A DNA stretch of 64,000 bases, taken from the NCBI GenBank assembly GCA_965237675.1, contig OZ250150.1, positions 3,552,001 through 3,616,000 of the forward strand. The letters are read 5' to 3'. A model generated the notes under the pieces. That model was not told where the DNA came from. It did not search any database and was given only the letters and a program-made list of their open reading frames with translations. The position numbers and the translations under genes were made by a program. Shown here piece after piece: positions 20,400 through 31,001 of this stretch; position 1 is the first letter of the stretch, and each line of letters starts with the position of its first letter. The DNA comes from Candidatus Latescibacterota bacterium (GTDB taxonomy: Bacteria; Latescibacterota; UBA2968; GCA-2709665).

Positions 20400-22940
20400 T
20401 AGAGAGGATACACTTACACCTGTACTCGACGAATTGGAAACAAGATACGATTTAACCAAAAATATTTATTTTATCGTAATTGACAACAGGGAGCGTTGGA
20501 TTGCGCGTGGTGAAGGGAGACGGTCGGGGGGCATAGGTGGGCGACACGGTAAGGCTGGGGGGATTGCAGTGATGCCTACTGAGTATAGTGTAGATACTGC
20601 GATGCACGAACTAGGACACGCGTTTTCTCTCCATCACGATTTCAGTGATCGTCGATACTTAATGTCCTATGAGCGAGATCGTGACAGATTATCGGTTTGC
20701 TCTGCACAGTTGTTATCTGTGCATCCGCATTTCAACAGGGATATTCCCGTACATCAATTGAGTGAGGATAAAGGGCCTCTGCGTACCTTGACTTCATCTT
20801 ATGAATATATACTCGATACCACACCCGTTCCTATTCGTATAAGAGCGACAGATCCTGACGGTATTCACCAGGTGGTATTGTTTGTTGAAACTGGTAGTTT
20901 ACACCAAGCGGCGGGATTCTTAGAAGTTAAGTCTTTTGAATTGTATCGAGGGCGTGAGAACATTACCGTTTCCTTTGATTATGATGGTAAGGTTCCTTCT
21001 CATTTGGCACAAGGGCACAGTTATCCTACCCCAACACCCTTGCGCGGTCGTCAGAGATTCTTTCTTTATTTCTATGACCGATTAGGTAACAGGGGTGTGA
21101 TGCATTTTGAGTTGTTGTCTATTCCGTCCCGGCGCGAGGTTAAGTTTATCCACAGTAATTCGCACATTAGTGTGGGTGATCGAGTGGCTCCACTTATCGT
21201 TACTTCTGTAGCTTTTTCGCCTGACGGTAGATATGTTGCTTCGGGTTCTGGTAAGGGCGAGGTTAAATTGTGGGACTTGGACCGGAAACGGAATATCTGG
21301 ACAAAGAAACATGGTAACTCTGTAGGGGCTTTAGCGTTTTCGCCGGACGGTAAGGTCTTGGCTTCCGGTGGTTCTGAAGGTACAGTCAAGTTCTGGAATA
21401 TGGCTTCGGGCACGGACGCTCGAATATTGCAAACCGCTACTGTCGAAAAATCTATTCGTGCGTTGGTTTTCGCTCCTGATGCTACTTTTCTTTATGCCGG
21501 TTTAACACGCAATAAAATTGTTTTCTGGAATCTAACGAAAGGGGCCGTGACCTACGGCCTTTCTTATATCGGAATGGGTAATGTCAATTCACTTGCCCTG
21601 TCTCCAGACGGCACAACACTTATTTCTGGTTCGGGAGATGGGAAAATACGCGCTTGGCGCCATCGCTCTGGAGATGAGGACTTACAAGAACTGTGGGCGA
21701 TTAACGCACATACGGAATCCGTACACTCTGTAGCATTTGCGCCCGATGGCAATTCAATTGCCTCTGCAGGATTAGAGACAGACCCAAGCGTTACGGTTCG
21801 AGAGAATACCCGTACGAGCGATCGGACAGACAGCGTTGTTAAGTTTTGGGATTTTAATACTCGAAGGCAACTGGGCACTATTGAAACGGATACTCGACCA
21901 GGCTTTTCCTACCAGGTGCGGTCGATAGATTATTCACCCAGTGGAAAACAACTGGCTGTAGGGTCTTGGGACAATACGGTGAAGTTGTATGGCACACAGA
22001 CCCCTTTTCGTGAGATCGTTAATCTTGGCTATCACAATAAGCCGGGTGGGTGTGTTGGTTTCGTCTACTCTGTTGATTTTGCCGCAAGTGGAACTTTGTT
22101 GGCTTCCGGAACATTAACCGGTAGTTGCGGAGGTTACGTGGGTTCGACTAAACCGTTTTTTGGTGAAGTTCATTTGTGGAATATGGAAGGCTTGGGGACG
22201 GGCACTCGTTGGACAAATTTCAATATGTATCTGGACGGAAATTTAGCGCCCGGTAATCACGCGGTCTCCGCGTTAGACGTGGCTCCTGGAACTACCGTTA
22301 CTCTACAGGTTCTACTTTATTATGTTCCCAGGGCAAAGGGCGTTAAGTTTAGCATAGAGTATGATGCTAAACAACTTGAGTTTCAAGGTTTCAAGCCCAG
22401 TAACCTTTTGCCAAATGCTCAGGTATTAATTACACATCACGAGAATCCCAATGCCGTTGAAATTAATCTTGTCTCTTTCGATGGCGAAATTACAGATGGC
22501 CAAGGTGGTACACTGGGTGAGCTTTCTTTTACCAGCCGGGAGGAATTTACCGGAACAACAATCCGATTGACCCAGGCCGAAGTTGGACAAGCCGACCAGA
22601 CAGAAAGCAAGAACTTTACGAATCGGACAATGGTGTTGAATCTTAAAGAAACAACGCCTTCGGCTGATTTCAACAAGGATGGCGTTGTAAATTTCGCCGA
22701 TTTCTTAGCTTTTGGGGAGCACTTCGGACGCAAGAAAGGTCAACCGGGGTGGGATGCGAAATATGATTTGGACAGCAATGGCGAGATCGGATTTGGGGAT
22801 TTCTTGATCTTTGGGGCATCGTTCGGAGCGTGAATTAAATTACTCGGAACAACGCCATGACTTAGTCAGAGATTCCCCCATATTACTGAGCACCTCGCCG
22901 CTTACAGCTGCCTGACGATACGGTACTTGCTGACAACCGT

Positions 22941-23073
22941 ATAACTAAAGGCCCGGACTGGACGAGCGTAAGCCAAGATAAAGGCTGCCTGGGCTAATAG
23001 ACAAGTAACTTAAACATAAAGGGCAATTAGGTGGGATTGAGGATAGCGAGGAACAGTGGGGGCCTTTGGTTAT
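22941..23073. repeat. 14-bp inverted repeat enclosing ~105 nt
   Basis: ATAACTAAAGGCCC (22941-22954) pairs with GGGCCTTTGGTTAT (23060-23073), with one G-U. Confidence 0.5.
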
Positions 23074-23084
23074 TGACGTCAGTT

Positions 23085-23223
23085 GCCACAAAAGGCACAA
23101 AAACAGTTATCCTGTTACCGGGCCTAAAGCGACAAGAAAAAGCGAAATAATCTCAGGATCACGGCGTTACAACACACGCCGTTCAGCACCTGTACCTTCT
23201 GTGTCTTTTGTGCGTTTTGTGGC
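23085..23223. repeat. REP/MITE-like inverted pair (GCCACAAAAGGCACAAAA type)
   Basis: 23085-23102 versus the reverse complement of 23206-23223: 17/18 identical. Confidence 0.7.
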
Positions 23224-23238
23224 CAATTAAAAGGTTAA

Positions 23239-23296
23239 CCATTTGAACGACCTTAATACCGCGTTTCTGAAGTTTTCGTCGTGGTGTCGCCTTGCT
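23239..23296 (+). repeat. Right copy of 58-bp direct repeat bounding the lower-GC island
   Basis: 53/58 identical to 18326-18383. Confidence 0.85.
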
Positions 23297-23338
23297 ATTT
23301 TTTAAATTGAGGTTAGGCGGCGATTCTGGAGATCGCGA

Positions 23339-24601
23339 ATGTCTTCTGCAGTCCGGATTGGTGTGATCGGTTGCGGCCGCATCCTGAATGCGCATTTACG
23401 TGGGTATGGGATTCTACAGGAAAATGGATTCGGGGATCTCTTCAGGGTGACGGCACTCTGCGCGAGGAGAACCGAGGATGCCCTCCGGTTTCGGACGCGG
23501 GGCGAAGGGCCCGGACCCAGACCGGCGCCAGTGGAGGCGCCGGGTGACCCCTTGAACGCGCCGCACGTCTATATAAGCGATCTGCATCCCGGTCAGGAAA
23601 CGGCGATCTTTATAGGTTATCGCGAAATGCTTGAACACGGACCGGTCGACGCAGTGTGCGTCCTGACGGGGCACGATACCCATCACACCATCGCCATCGA
23701 TGCGATGCGGGCCGGCAAGCATGTGACGGTTGAGAAGCCCATGGCGATTTCGGTCAGGGCCGCACAGCGGATGTGCGAAGTGGCATCCGATACCGACACG
23801 GTGTTGAGCGTTGCGGAGAATGTGAACTTCAATCCGGCGGTCCGGGCGAACCGATGGGCCGTCAGGCGGGGATTGATCGGCAACGTGCAGATGGTCTACC
23901 GCGGAGCGATCGGGTTCAGGTCTCACCGGCCGGATCTGGTTGCCGCCCGTACGCCGTGGAGGCAGTCAAAGCTGGGTGCCGGCGGCGGGGTCTCCATTGA
24001 TCTGGGTGTGCATCTCTTTAACGGCGTGCGGTCGATTTGCGGACCGGTGCATTCGGTGCAGGCCGTGTGGCGGATTCTCGAGCCGATGCGGGTGTTGATG
24101 TCGGACGACGACCGCAGGATCGCGGATGAGGTCGAGAACCAGGTCGACGACGTGTTCTTTTCGAATTTCAGGCTTGCAAACGGAGCAATCGGGCATATGG
24201 CCGTGGCACGCAGCGCAAGAGGCACGCAGATTGGGGTGCCGGGAGGTACCAATGTTTTCGGCAGCAGGGGGGCGTTGTCCGACGGAAAGATCTTCACCGA
24301 GGATCGGGCGGAGGAAGACGTTATCGAGCGTTTCCAACGGGAGGCCCCGGAAAAGGAACTGGCCGAAGCGATGCCCGCCGGGATCACGGATGCATTCGCG
24401 TTGGAGAACCTGAACTGGCTGCGGGCTATACACGACGGGTCGCCGGTGCGGATGTCGGGCGAGGAGGGAACGATAGACCTGGCGTTGAGCTATGCGATTC
24501 TGGAGTCCGGACTGCTGGAACGGGAGGTGACACTGGATGAAATGTTGCTCGGCGAGGTGGCCGGATACCAGCGGGCAATCGACGAACACTACGGGTTGTA
24601 G
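23339..24601 (+). CDS. Gfo/Idh/MocA-family oxidoreductase
   Basis: IGVIGCGRI, KHVTVEKPMA and DLGVH motifs. Confidence 0.88.
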   Translation: MSSAVRIGVIGCGRILNAHLRGYGILQENGFGDLFRVTALCARRTEDALRFRTRGEGPGPRPAPVEAPGDPLNAPHVYISDLHPGQETAIFIGYREMLEHGPVDAVCVLTGHDTHHTIAIDAMRAGKHVTVEKPMAISVRAAQRMCEVASDTDTVLSVAENVNFNPAVRANRWAVRRGLIGNVQMVYRGAIGFRSHRPDLVAARTPWRQSKLGAGGGVSIDLGVHLFNGVRSICGPVHSVQAVWRILEPMRVLMSDDDRRIADEVENQVDDVFFSNFRLANGAIGHMAVARSARGTQIGVPGGTNVFGSRGALSDGKIFTEDRAEEDVIERFQREAPEKELAEAMPAGITDAFALENLNWLRAIHDGSPVRMSGEEGTIDLALSYAILESGLLEREVTLDEMLLGEVAGYQRAIDEHYGL

Positions 24602-24703
24602 GGGCACTCGTGCACGAGGCCATTCGGCTGATTGCGTACGAGTGCGGAACCGCTGGCATCGGCATACCGGCCACGCAATTCCTTTCGCACCCGGACTGGA
24701 GTG

Positions 24704-25282
24704 TCAGCGTTTTTCGATTTCTATGTTGCGGAACCAGATCCGGCTATTGTGGTCCTGAAGGCCGATGTAGCCGACTTCGGTCATTTCACAGTATGCCCGG
24801 TTGAATTTGTTGGGCGTGCCGTCGGGGTTCCGGTTCGGGGTGGTCCAGCGGCTGAGGTCCATGTCGATGATTTGCTGCCCATTTAGGGTGACGCGGATCA
24901 TGTCGTCGTTGGCCTCGAGGATCATGTGATTCCATTCGCCCGCGGGTTTGCATGTGTTGTGCGTCGGGGCCTGTAAATCATAGACTGCGCCGCAGCATTT
25001 GGTGGTAGCGGGCTCACGACCATAAGTATCCAGAATTTGGATTTCAATACCGGTTTGCACGGGGTTGTCCGGATCGGTCCAGCGGAAGAATACGCCGCTG
25101 TTGGCTCCGGGCGGGTGTTTGAACTCAAGCGATAGTTCGAAATTCTTGAATTGGTCTTTCGTGTAATACAGGTATTTGCCGTTTTCTGCGGTACAGAAGA
25201 TACAGCCGTGATCTACGGTCCAACCTCCGGGATTTTCGGTGGCAGCCCAGCCGTTGAGGGTCTTGCCGTCGAAGAGTTGCAT
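24704..25282 (-). CDS. DUF1080 (3-keto-disaccharide hydrolase/hydratase-like) protein
   Basis: LFDGKTLNGW, ANSGVFF, IEIQILD, GEWN and GYIGLQDH..IWFRNI motifs. Confidence 0.9.
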   Translation of the reverse strand: MQLFDGKTLNGWAATENPGGWTVDHGCIFCTAENGKYLYYTKDQFKNFELSLEFKHPPGANSGVFFRWTDPDNPVQTGIEIQILDTYGREPATTKCCGAVYDLQAPTHNTCKPAGEWNHMILEANDDMIRVTLNGQQIIDMDLSRWTTPNRNPDGTPNKFNRAYCEMTEVGYIGLQDHNSRIWFRNIEIEKR

Positions 25283-25535
25283 GTTGCCTCCTTCCAGTAT
25301 GCGATTGCGAGGGGTCCTGCGAAACGGCCGACGCTTTGCTGCCGATTGAACACCTTGGCCATTTCATCTAGTGGCACTTGCCCAATCGCGAAATATCGGG
25401 TTGCCAATGCCTGGGAGCCTCTCTATCGCGTCGCCTATTGGGAACGCGGGAACATTTAAAAGGCAATATCTGTCAAATTGGATGAAAAACAAGATGAAAG
25501 TCACACTATTGAGGAGGATGAAAAACAAGATTCAC

Positions 25536-26837
25536 ATGGTTGGACGAATGTTCCGCATGGTATGTATCCTTGCACTCTTTCCGCTGGACATTTGCGCGGA
25601 TAATTGGCCGCAGTGGCGCGGTCCGCAGCAAAATGGGGTGGGTTCGGCCAGGAATCTGCCCGCGTCATGGAGTCTTGAAAAAAATATCATCTGGAAGACC
25701 GAATTGCCTTCATGGAGCGGTAGCACGCCCATTATCTGGGAAGATCGCATTTTTCTGACTTCTCCGTCACCTGCGCAGAGGCCGGAAGAACGGGAGCCGG
25801 GCGGGCCGGAGATTTATATTCTGTGTCTGTCGAGAAAAGACGGCGGTGAACGCTGGCGGTACAAGTTGGATGAGGGCAATGTTCTTTGGCGCAAACACAA
25901 CAACTCGTCGCCTTCGCCCGTTACGGACGGCGCGCATGTGTGGGTGGTTACGGGCAACGGCGTCGTGACGTGTCTGGATATGGATGGAAAGGCGGTCTGG
26001 ACGCGCAATCTACAAGAGGACTACGGCAGCTTTGGCCTGAATTTCGGGTATGCGTCGTCTCCGATTCTGTGCGATGACAAGCTCATCCTGCAGGTGCTTC
26101 ACGGAATGCGCACGGATGATCCCTCGTATATCGTCGCGTTGGACGCCAAAAATGGAAAGGAAGTCTGGCGCGAAGAGCGTGCGACAGGTGCTTTGCGGGA
26201 GTCTCCCGATTCGTACACGACCCCCGCGCTGTTGAAGCATGATGGCAAGACTCAGATTGTCATTACGGGCGGGGACTGTGTGACGGGGCACGATCCGGAT
26301 ACCGGGCGTGAAATCTGGCGGGCTAATGGGTTGAATCCCGAGCAGAGGGGTAATTATCGGATTGTGGCGTCCCCGGTAGTGGTCGGCGGTATGATTTATG
26401 CGCCGACCCGGAAACGTCCCTTGCTGGCGCTTTCTGCCGGAGGTACGGGCGACGTTTCCAGCAATGTGGTGTGGAAGTGGGAGGGCGCTGCCGCGCCTGA
26501 TGTGCCTACGCCGGTCTGCGATGGGAGGTACTTTTATATGGTTGATGATCGCGGCCGGGCAATGTGTCTCGACGCTAAGACCGGTGCCGTGGTGTGGGGG
26601 CCCGAGAGGACGGCGCAGGGGGCTGTGAGCGCGTCACCCCATCTGGCTGATGGCAAGTTGTTTCTGCTGAATGAATATGCTGTGACGACTGTCCTGGCCG
26701 CTGGCCCGGAGTTCGAGGTTTTGGCGACCAATGAACTGGACGGTAGTTACACGCTGTCATCGCCCGTGTCTTCCGGATCACAGCTTTTTATTCGGACGGC
26801 GACGCATTTGTATTGTATCGGGTATAATACCGATTAA
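25536..26837 (+). CDS. Secreted PQQ-like/BamB-like beta-propeller protein
   Basis: Signal peptide then NWPQWRG; repeated SSP and ALDAKNGKEVW blades; start uncertain. Confidence 0.85.
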   Translation: MVGRMFRMVCILALFPLDICADNWPQWRGPQQNGVGSARNLPASWSLEKNIIWKTELPSWSGSTPIIWEDRIFLTSPSPAQRPEEREPGGPEIYILCLSRKDGGERWRYKLDEGNVLWRKHNNSSPSPVTDGAHVWVVTGNGVVTCLDMDGKAVWTRNLQEDYGSFGLNFGYASSPILCDDKLILQVLHGMRTDDPSYIVALDAKNGKEVWREERATGALRESPDSYTTPALLKHDGKTQIVITGGDCVTGHDPDTGREIWRANGLNPEQRGNYRIVASPVVVGGMIYAPTRKRPLLALSAGGTGDVSSNVVWKWEGAAAPDVPTPVCDGRYFYMVDDRGRAMCLDAKTGAVVWGPERTAQGAVSASPHLADGKLFLLNEYAVTTVLAAGPEFEVLATNELDGSYTLSSPVSSGSQLFIRTATHLYCIGYNTD

Positions 26838-26982
26838 GAATTGGCCCTGATCCCGAAAATTCCGGGCGGCATTTCGTAGGCCTGCGCAGATTATTCGGTA
26901 CCGGGTTTCCATTTCCGTCGAACGCCGTCCGACTTTCGCTTTTCGGCGTTTGTGAATCCAAATTCGCGAAATTGGATAGGCG

Positions 26983-27010
26983 TTGACAGGGGGTTGCAGA
27001 ATCATATATT
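26983..27010 (+). promoter_or_regulatory. Sigma70-like promoter
   Basis: TTGACA-16 bp-TATATT upstream of ATG 27061. Confidence 0.5.
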
Positions 27011-27060
27011 GAACCGTTTCAGATTCGGACTCGAAAAAGGACTGGGAAAAGGGGGATATT

Positions 27061-28230
27061 ATGGCCACGCGATTGAATATCGGGCTGTTGGGATATTCGT
27101 TTATGGGCAAGGCCCACAGCAATGCGTTCCGTAAGGTATCGATGTTTTTTCCGGATACGGGCATCGAGCCGGTCATGAAGGTGATTTGCGGTTCGAACAG
27201 GGACAACGTGGCGGCGGCGGCACGGACGTTCGGATGGGAGGAATACCATACGAATTGGGAGGACGTGGTTGCGCGGGATGATATTGACGTGATCGATATC
27301 TGTACCCCCGGAAATCTGCATATGCCTATGGCGATTGCCGCCCTGGAAGCCGGCAAGCATGTCATCTGTGAAAAACCCCTTGCGAATAACCTGCAAGAGG
27401 CCATGTCGATGCTACGGGCAGCCGAGAATTCCGACAAGAAGACAATTGTCGCGTACAACTATCGGCGAGTGCCGGCGGTCGCCCTCGCGAGACAGTTGAT
27501 TGAAGAGGGGCGGATCGGTCAGATCTATCACTGGCGCGCGGTGTATCTTCAGGACTGGATTATCGACCCGGGTTTTCCTATGGTGTGGCGTTTCGAGAAG
27601 GACGTGGCAGGTTCCGGACCGCACGGAGATTTGAATGCGCATATTATCGACCTGGCGCTGCATCTCGTAGGGGGTATCGATTCCGTCGTCGGGGCGGATA
27701 CGACGTTCATCAAGGAACGGCCGCTGGCGGCGTCGATCGATGCGTCGCTGGGTGCAACGGGTGGGTCGTCCGACCGGATGGGAACCGTCACGGTGGACGA
27801 TGCAACCCTTTTTCTGGCTCGATTCAACAACGGCGCGTTGGGTTCTTTTGAAGCCACCCGGTTCGCGGCCGGAAGGCGAAACCACAATCGATTCGAAATC
27901 AACGGAAGCAAAGGCAGTCTCGCCTTCAATCTCGAGAAGATGAACGAACTGCAATTTTATTCACGGGAGGATGAGGGGCATATTCAGGGGTTCCGAGAGA
28001 TTATCGTGAACGAGGGCATACATCCGTACATTTCGGCCTGGTGGCCGCCGGGCCATATCGTCGGGTGGGAACACACGTTTGTGCATGAGGTGAAGGATTT
28101 CTTTGAAGCGATCGCCAACGACCGGGAGGCTTCGCCGAATTTCAGAGAAGGCACCAGGGTCCAGGCCGTGCTGGAGGCAGCCAGCGATTCGGCGAAATCG
28201 GGCCGGTGGCACGACGTCCCTGGCGTGTAA
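27061..28230 (+). CDS. Gfo/Idh/MocA dehydrogenase, levoglucosan/glucoside 3-dehydrogenase-like
   Basis: [39 protein letters not shown] and GDLNAH motifs. Confidence 0.88.
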   Translation: MATRLNIGLLGYSFMGKAHSNAFRKVSMFFPDTGIEPVMKVICGSNRDNVAAAARTFGWEEYHTNWEDVVARDDIDVIDICTPGNLHMPMAIAALEAGKHVICEKPLANNLQEAMSMLRAAENSDKKTIVAYNYRRVPAVALARQLIEEGRIGQIYHWRAVYLQDWIIDPGFPMVWRFEKDVAGSGPHGDLNAHIIDLALHLVGGIDSVVGADTTFIKERPLAASIDASLGATGGSSDRMGTVTVDDATLFLARFNNGALGSFEATRFAAGRRNHNRFEINGSKGSLAFNLEKMNELQFYSREDEGHIQGFREIIVNEGIHPYISAWWPPGHIVGWEHTFVHEVKDFFEAIANDREASPNFREGTRVQAVLEAASDSAKSGRWHDVPGV

Positions 28231-28300
28231 CCCCCGTTCCAGCCGCCCGCGCATCGCGCAGGGAGAACCGGGGCTGGGGCCATTGGAAGGAGAGTTGGAT

Positions 28301-29299
28301 ATGGCAAGACCCTGTACATTGTTTACCGGGCAGTGGGCGGATCTCTCGCTGGAGGTGATGGCGCAGAAAGCCGCCGAGTTCGGGTACGACGGATTGGAGT
28401 TGGCCTGCTGGGGAGACCATCTGGATGTCTGCGAGGCGGCTTCCAGCGATGCCTATTGCCGCAGTCGTCACGAAATTCTGGAAAAACACGGGTTGAAATT
28501 CTGGGCGATCAGCAACCATCTCGTCGGGCAGGCGATATGCGACAATATTGACGATCGCCACCGGGCAATTCTGCCGCCGCACGTATGGGGCAAAGGGAAA
28601 CCGGATGAGGTGAAACGCCGGGCGGCGGAGGACATGATGACATCGGCCGAGGCCGCGAGAGCGCTGGGAGTGAGCGTGGTGAACGGCTTTACCGGGTCGT
28701 CCATCTGGCATCTGCTATATTCTTTCCCGCCGGTGTCTCCGGACGCGATCGAGGCGGGCTTCAAGGATTTCGCGGACAGATGGAATCCGATTCTGGATGC
28801 GTTCGCAAAGAACGGCGTGCGTTTCGCCCTGGAGGTGCATCCAACGGAAATCGCGTTTGATAACGCGTCTGCCGCACGGGCGGTGGGCGCGTTAGGGGGC
28901 CGGAGCGAATTCGGATTCAATTACGACCCCAGCCATCTGGTGTATCAAAACGTGGATTACGTGGCATTCATCCATGAGTTTAAAGACCGGATCTACCACG
29001 TGCATATGAAGGATGCATATCTGTCTCCGCTTCCCACGCGCGCGGGGATATTTGGTGGCCATACCGATTTCGGCGACCCCGACAGATCCTGGGATTTCCG
29101 TTCCCTGGGTCGGGGCAGCGTGGATTTTGAAGCGATCATTCGGGCCTTGAACGATGTGGGCTATGGCGGCCCGCTATCCGTGGAATGGGAGGATTCAGGC
29201 ATGGACCGGGAACACGGGGCGGCGGAGGCCTGTGCGTTTGTGAACAGCGTGGACTTCGAACCGTCGGCCGTGGCGTTCGACGCGGCGTTCGCCGAGTAG
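28301..29299 (+). CDS. Sugar phosphate isomerase/epimerase (IolE/xylose-isomerase-like)
   Basis: [39 protein letters not shown] and SVEWED; AGGAG RBS. Confidence 0.9.
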   Translation: MARPCTLFTGQWADLSLEVMAQKAAEFGYDGLELACWGDHLDVCEAASSDAYCRSRHEILEKHGLKFWAISNHLVGQAICDNIDDRHRAILPPHVWGKGKPDEVKRRAAEDMMTSAEAARALGVSVVNGFTGSSIWHLLYSFPPVSPDAIEAGFKDFADRWNPILDAFAKNGVRFALEVHPTEIAFDNASAARAVGALGGRSEFGFNYDPSHLVYQNVDYVAFIHEFKDRIYHVHMKDAYLSPLPTRAGIFGGHTDFGDPDRSWDFRSLGRGSVDFEAIIRALNDVGYGGPLSVEWEDSGMDREHGAAEACAFVNSVDFEPSAVAFDAAFAE

Positions 29300-29377
29300 T
29301 AAACGGATGTCCGACGTCGGCGGTCATCAGGGTGTGCCAAACGGCCTGCCGGCCGCTTTTTCGTAGGGAGAGTGTCT

Positions 29378-30940
29378 ATGCGGATGCGTGTTCTTCTACT
29401 GGTTGTGTCGTTGGCCGCCGTCGCCTGTGTCATGGAACGCCCACGGACCCTGGTATTTGGCCGGGGCGGCGATACAGTGGGGTTGGACCCGGCCCTGGAG
29501 ACGGATGGCGAGTCGTTCAAGGTCTGTGACAACATCTATGATACGCTGGTGACGTTTCGTCCGGAGACGACCGAGTTGGCGCCGGGTCTGGCGGTGGCCT
29601 GGAAGGTGTCAGAAGACCTGACAACATGGACATTTCAACTCAGGAAAGACGTTCAGTTCCACGATGGTACTCCGTTCAATGCGGATGCCGTCGTGTTTTC
29701 CCTCGCGAGGCAGTACCAGCCCGACCATCCGTTTCATCGTGTGGAGGGCGCATATCAGTATTGGAACAGTATGTCGATGAGCGAGATCGTCAGGGATGTG
29801 AAGAAAGTGGACGATCATACGGTTTCCATCGCGCTGACGCGTCCAAACGCACCGTTTCTGTCGAATCTTGCGATGAATTTTTGCGGGATCGTGAGTCCCA
29901 CAGCTGTACGGAAACACGGCGCGGACTATCCGCGGCATCCGGTGGGCACGGGCCCGTTTCGGTTTGTGCAATGGATTAGGGATGACCGCGTGGTCCTGGA
30001 GCGAAATCCCGATTACTGGGGAGACGCGCCACAGATCGACCGGTTGATTTTCAGGAGTATACCGGAAAATTCCGTGCGTCTGATTGCGCTGATCCAGGGT
30101 TCGATTGACGGCATGGATAACCTGGTACCCGATTTCATTCCGAATATAGAGAAGCATCCGAACCTCCGGCTCCTGACTCAACCGGGAATGAATGTGGGGT
30201 ATCTGGCAATGAATATGGATCGGGCGCCGTTCCACCTCCTCAAGGTGCGACGGGCGGTGAACCATGCCATTCACAAACAGGCGCTTGTGGATAATCTGTA
30301 TCAGGGTCTGGCGTTGCCTGCGGTCAATCCGATTCCACCGTCGATTTGGAGCTATCACGAAGGCATTGAAGGATACGCTTACGATCCGGAACGAGCCCGC
30401 GAGCTTCTTGCCGAGGCAGGTTATGCGGATGGATTCAAGACCACGCTGTGGGCCATGCCTGTGCCACGGCCGTATATGCCGCAGCCGAGGAAAATAGCCC
30501 AGGCCATCCAGGCCGATCTGCAGGCGGTCGGTATCCTGGCCGAAATCGTAAGTTTCGAATGGGGAACCTATTTAGACAAGGTTTCGAGAGGCCAGCACGA
30601 TATGGCACTTCTGGGTTGGACCGGAGACAACGGTGATCCGGACAATTTTCTGTACGTACTGCTGGACAAGAGCGCGACCCGACAACCGGCCAACAATATT
30701 GCGTTCTACCGAAGCGACGAACTGCACGATGTGCTGGTTCAGGCACAGCGGGAAGTGGACATCGACCTGAGGTCAGCGCATTACCGAAAGGCGCAGGAGA
30801 TCGTGTTCCACGATGCACCCTGGGTGCCCCTGGTGCATGCCGCGCAGACAGCTGCGTTCAAGAAGACGGTGAGTGGCTTCACCCTGCATCCTACGGGCAG
30901 CAAGTGGTTCCAGAACGTGCGAATTGAGGAAACGGATTGA
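29378..30940 (+). CDS. dppA: Dipeptide ABC transporter substrate-binding lipoprotein
   Basis: Lipobox AVAC, FHDGTPFNAD, PVGTGPF, MPVPRPY and GWTGDNGDPDNF. Confidence 0.88.
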   Translation: MRMRVLLLVVSLAAVACVMERPRTLVFGRGGDTVGLDPALETDGESFKVCDNIYDTLVTFRPETTELAPGLAVAWKVSEDLTTWTFQLRKDVQFHDGTPFNADAVVFSLARQYQPDHPFHRVEGAYQYWNSMSMSEIVRDVKKVDDHTVSIALTRPNAPFLSNLAMNFCGIVSPTAVRKHGADYPRHPVGTGPFRFVQWIRDDRVVLERNPDYWGDAPQIDRLIFRSIPENSVRLIALIQGSIDGMDNLVPDFIPNIEKHPNLRLLTQPGMNVGYLAMNMDRAPFHLLKVRRAVNHAIHKQALVDNLYQGLALPAVNPIPPSIWSYHEGIEGYAYDPERARELLAEAGYADGFKTTLWAMPVPRPYMPQPRKIAQAIQADLQAVGILAEIVSFEWGTYLDKVSRGQHDMALLGWTGDNGDPDNFLYVLLDKSATRQPANNIAFYRSDELHDVLVQAQREVDIDLRSAHYRKAQEIVFHDAPWVPLVHAAQTAAFKKTVSGFTLHPTGSKWFQNVRIEETD

Positions 30941-31001
30941 AGGCGCCACCCGAAGCCGCGAGACGTGGCATCTTCCTGGATGTTTCGAGGTGACACCCGT
31001 C

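Larger units (their letters stand above)
18811..22833 (+). pseudogene. Secreted zinc-metalloprotease/WD40/cohesin/dockerin(EF-hand) protein interrupted by IS630
   Basis: Signal-peptide ORF 18811-19188 and ORF 20434-22833 join in frame when 19178-20401 is removed (932 aa). HELGHAFSLHH plus YLMSY Met-turn, SVAFSPDG...LWD repeats, DFNKDGVVNFADFL and DLDSNGEIGFGDFL. Confidence 0.85.

Noticed and set aside
22912-22945. Hammerhead-like CTGACGA followed by a stem
   Set aside because: The stem is followed by TAAC rather than the required GAAA, and stems I/III are not evident.
25481-25531. Duplicated GATGAAAAACAAGAT near the beta-propeller start
   Set aside because: A short two-copy duplication; it only makes the start codon ambiguous.
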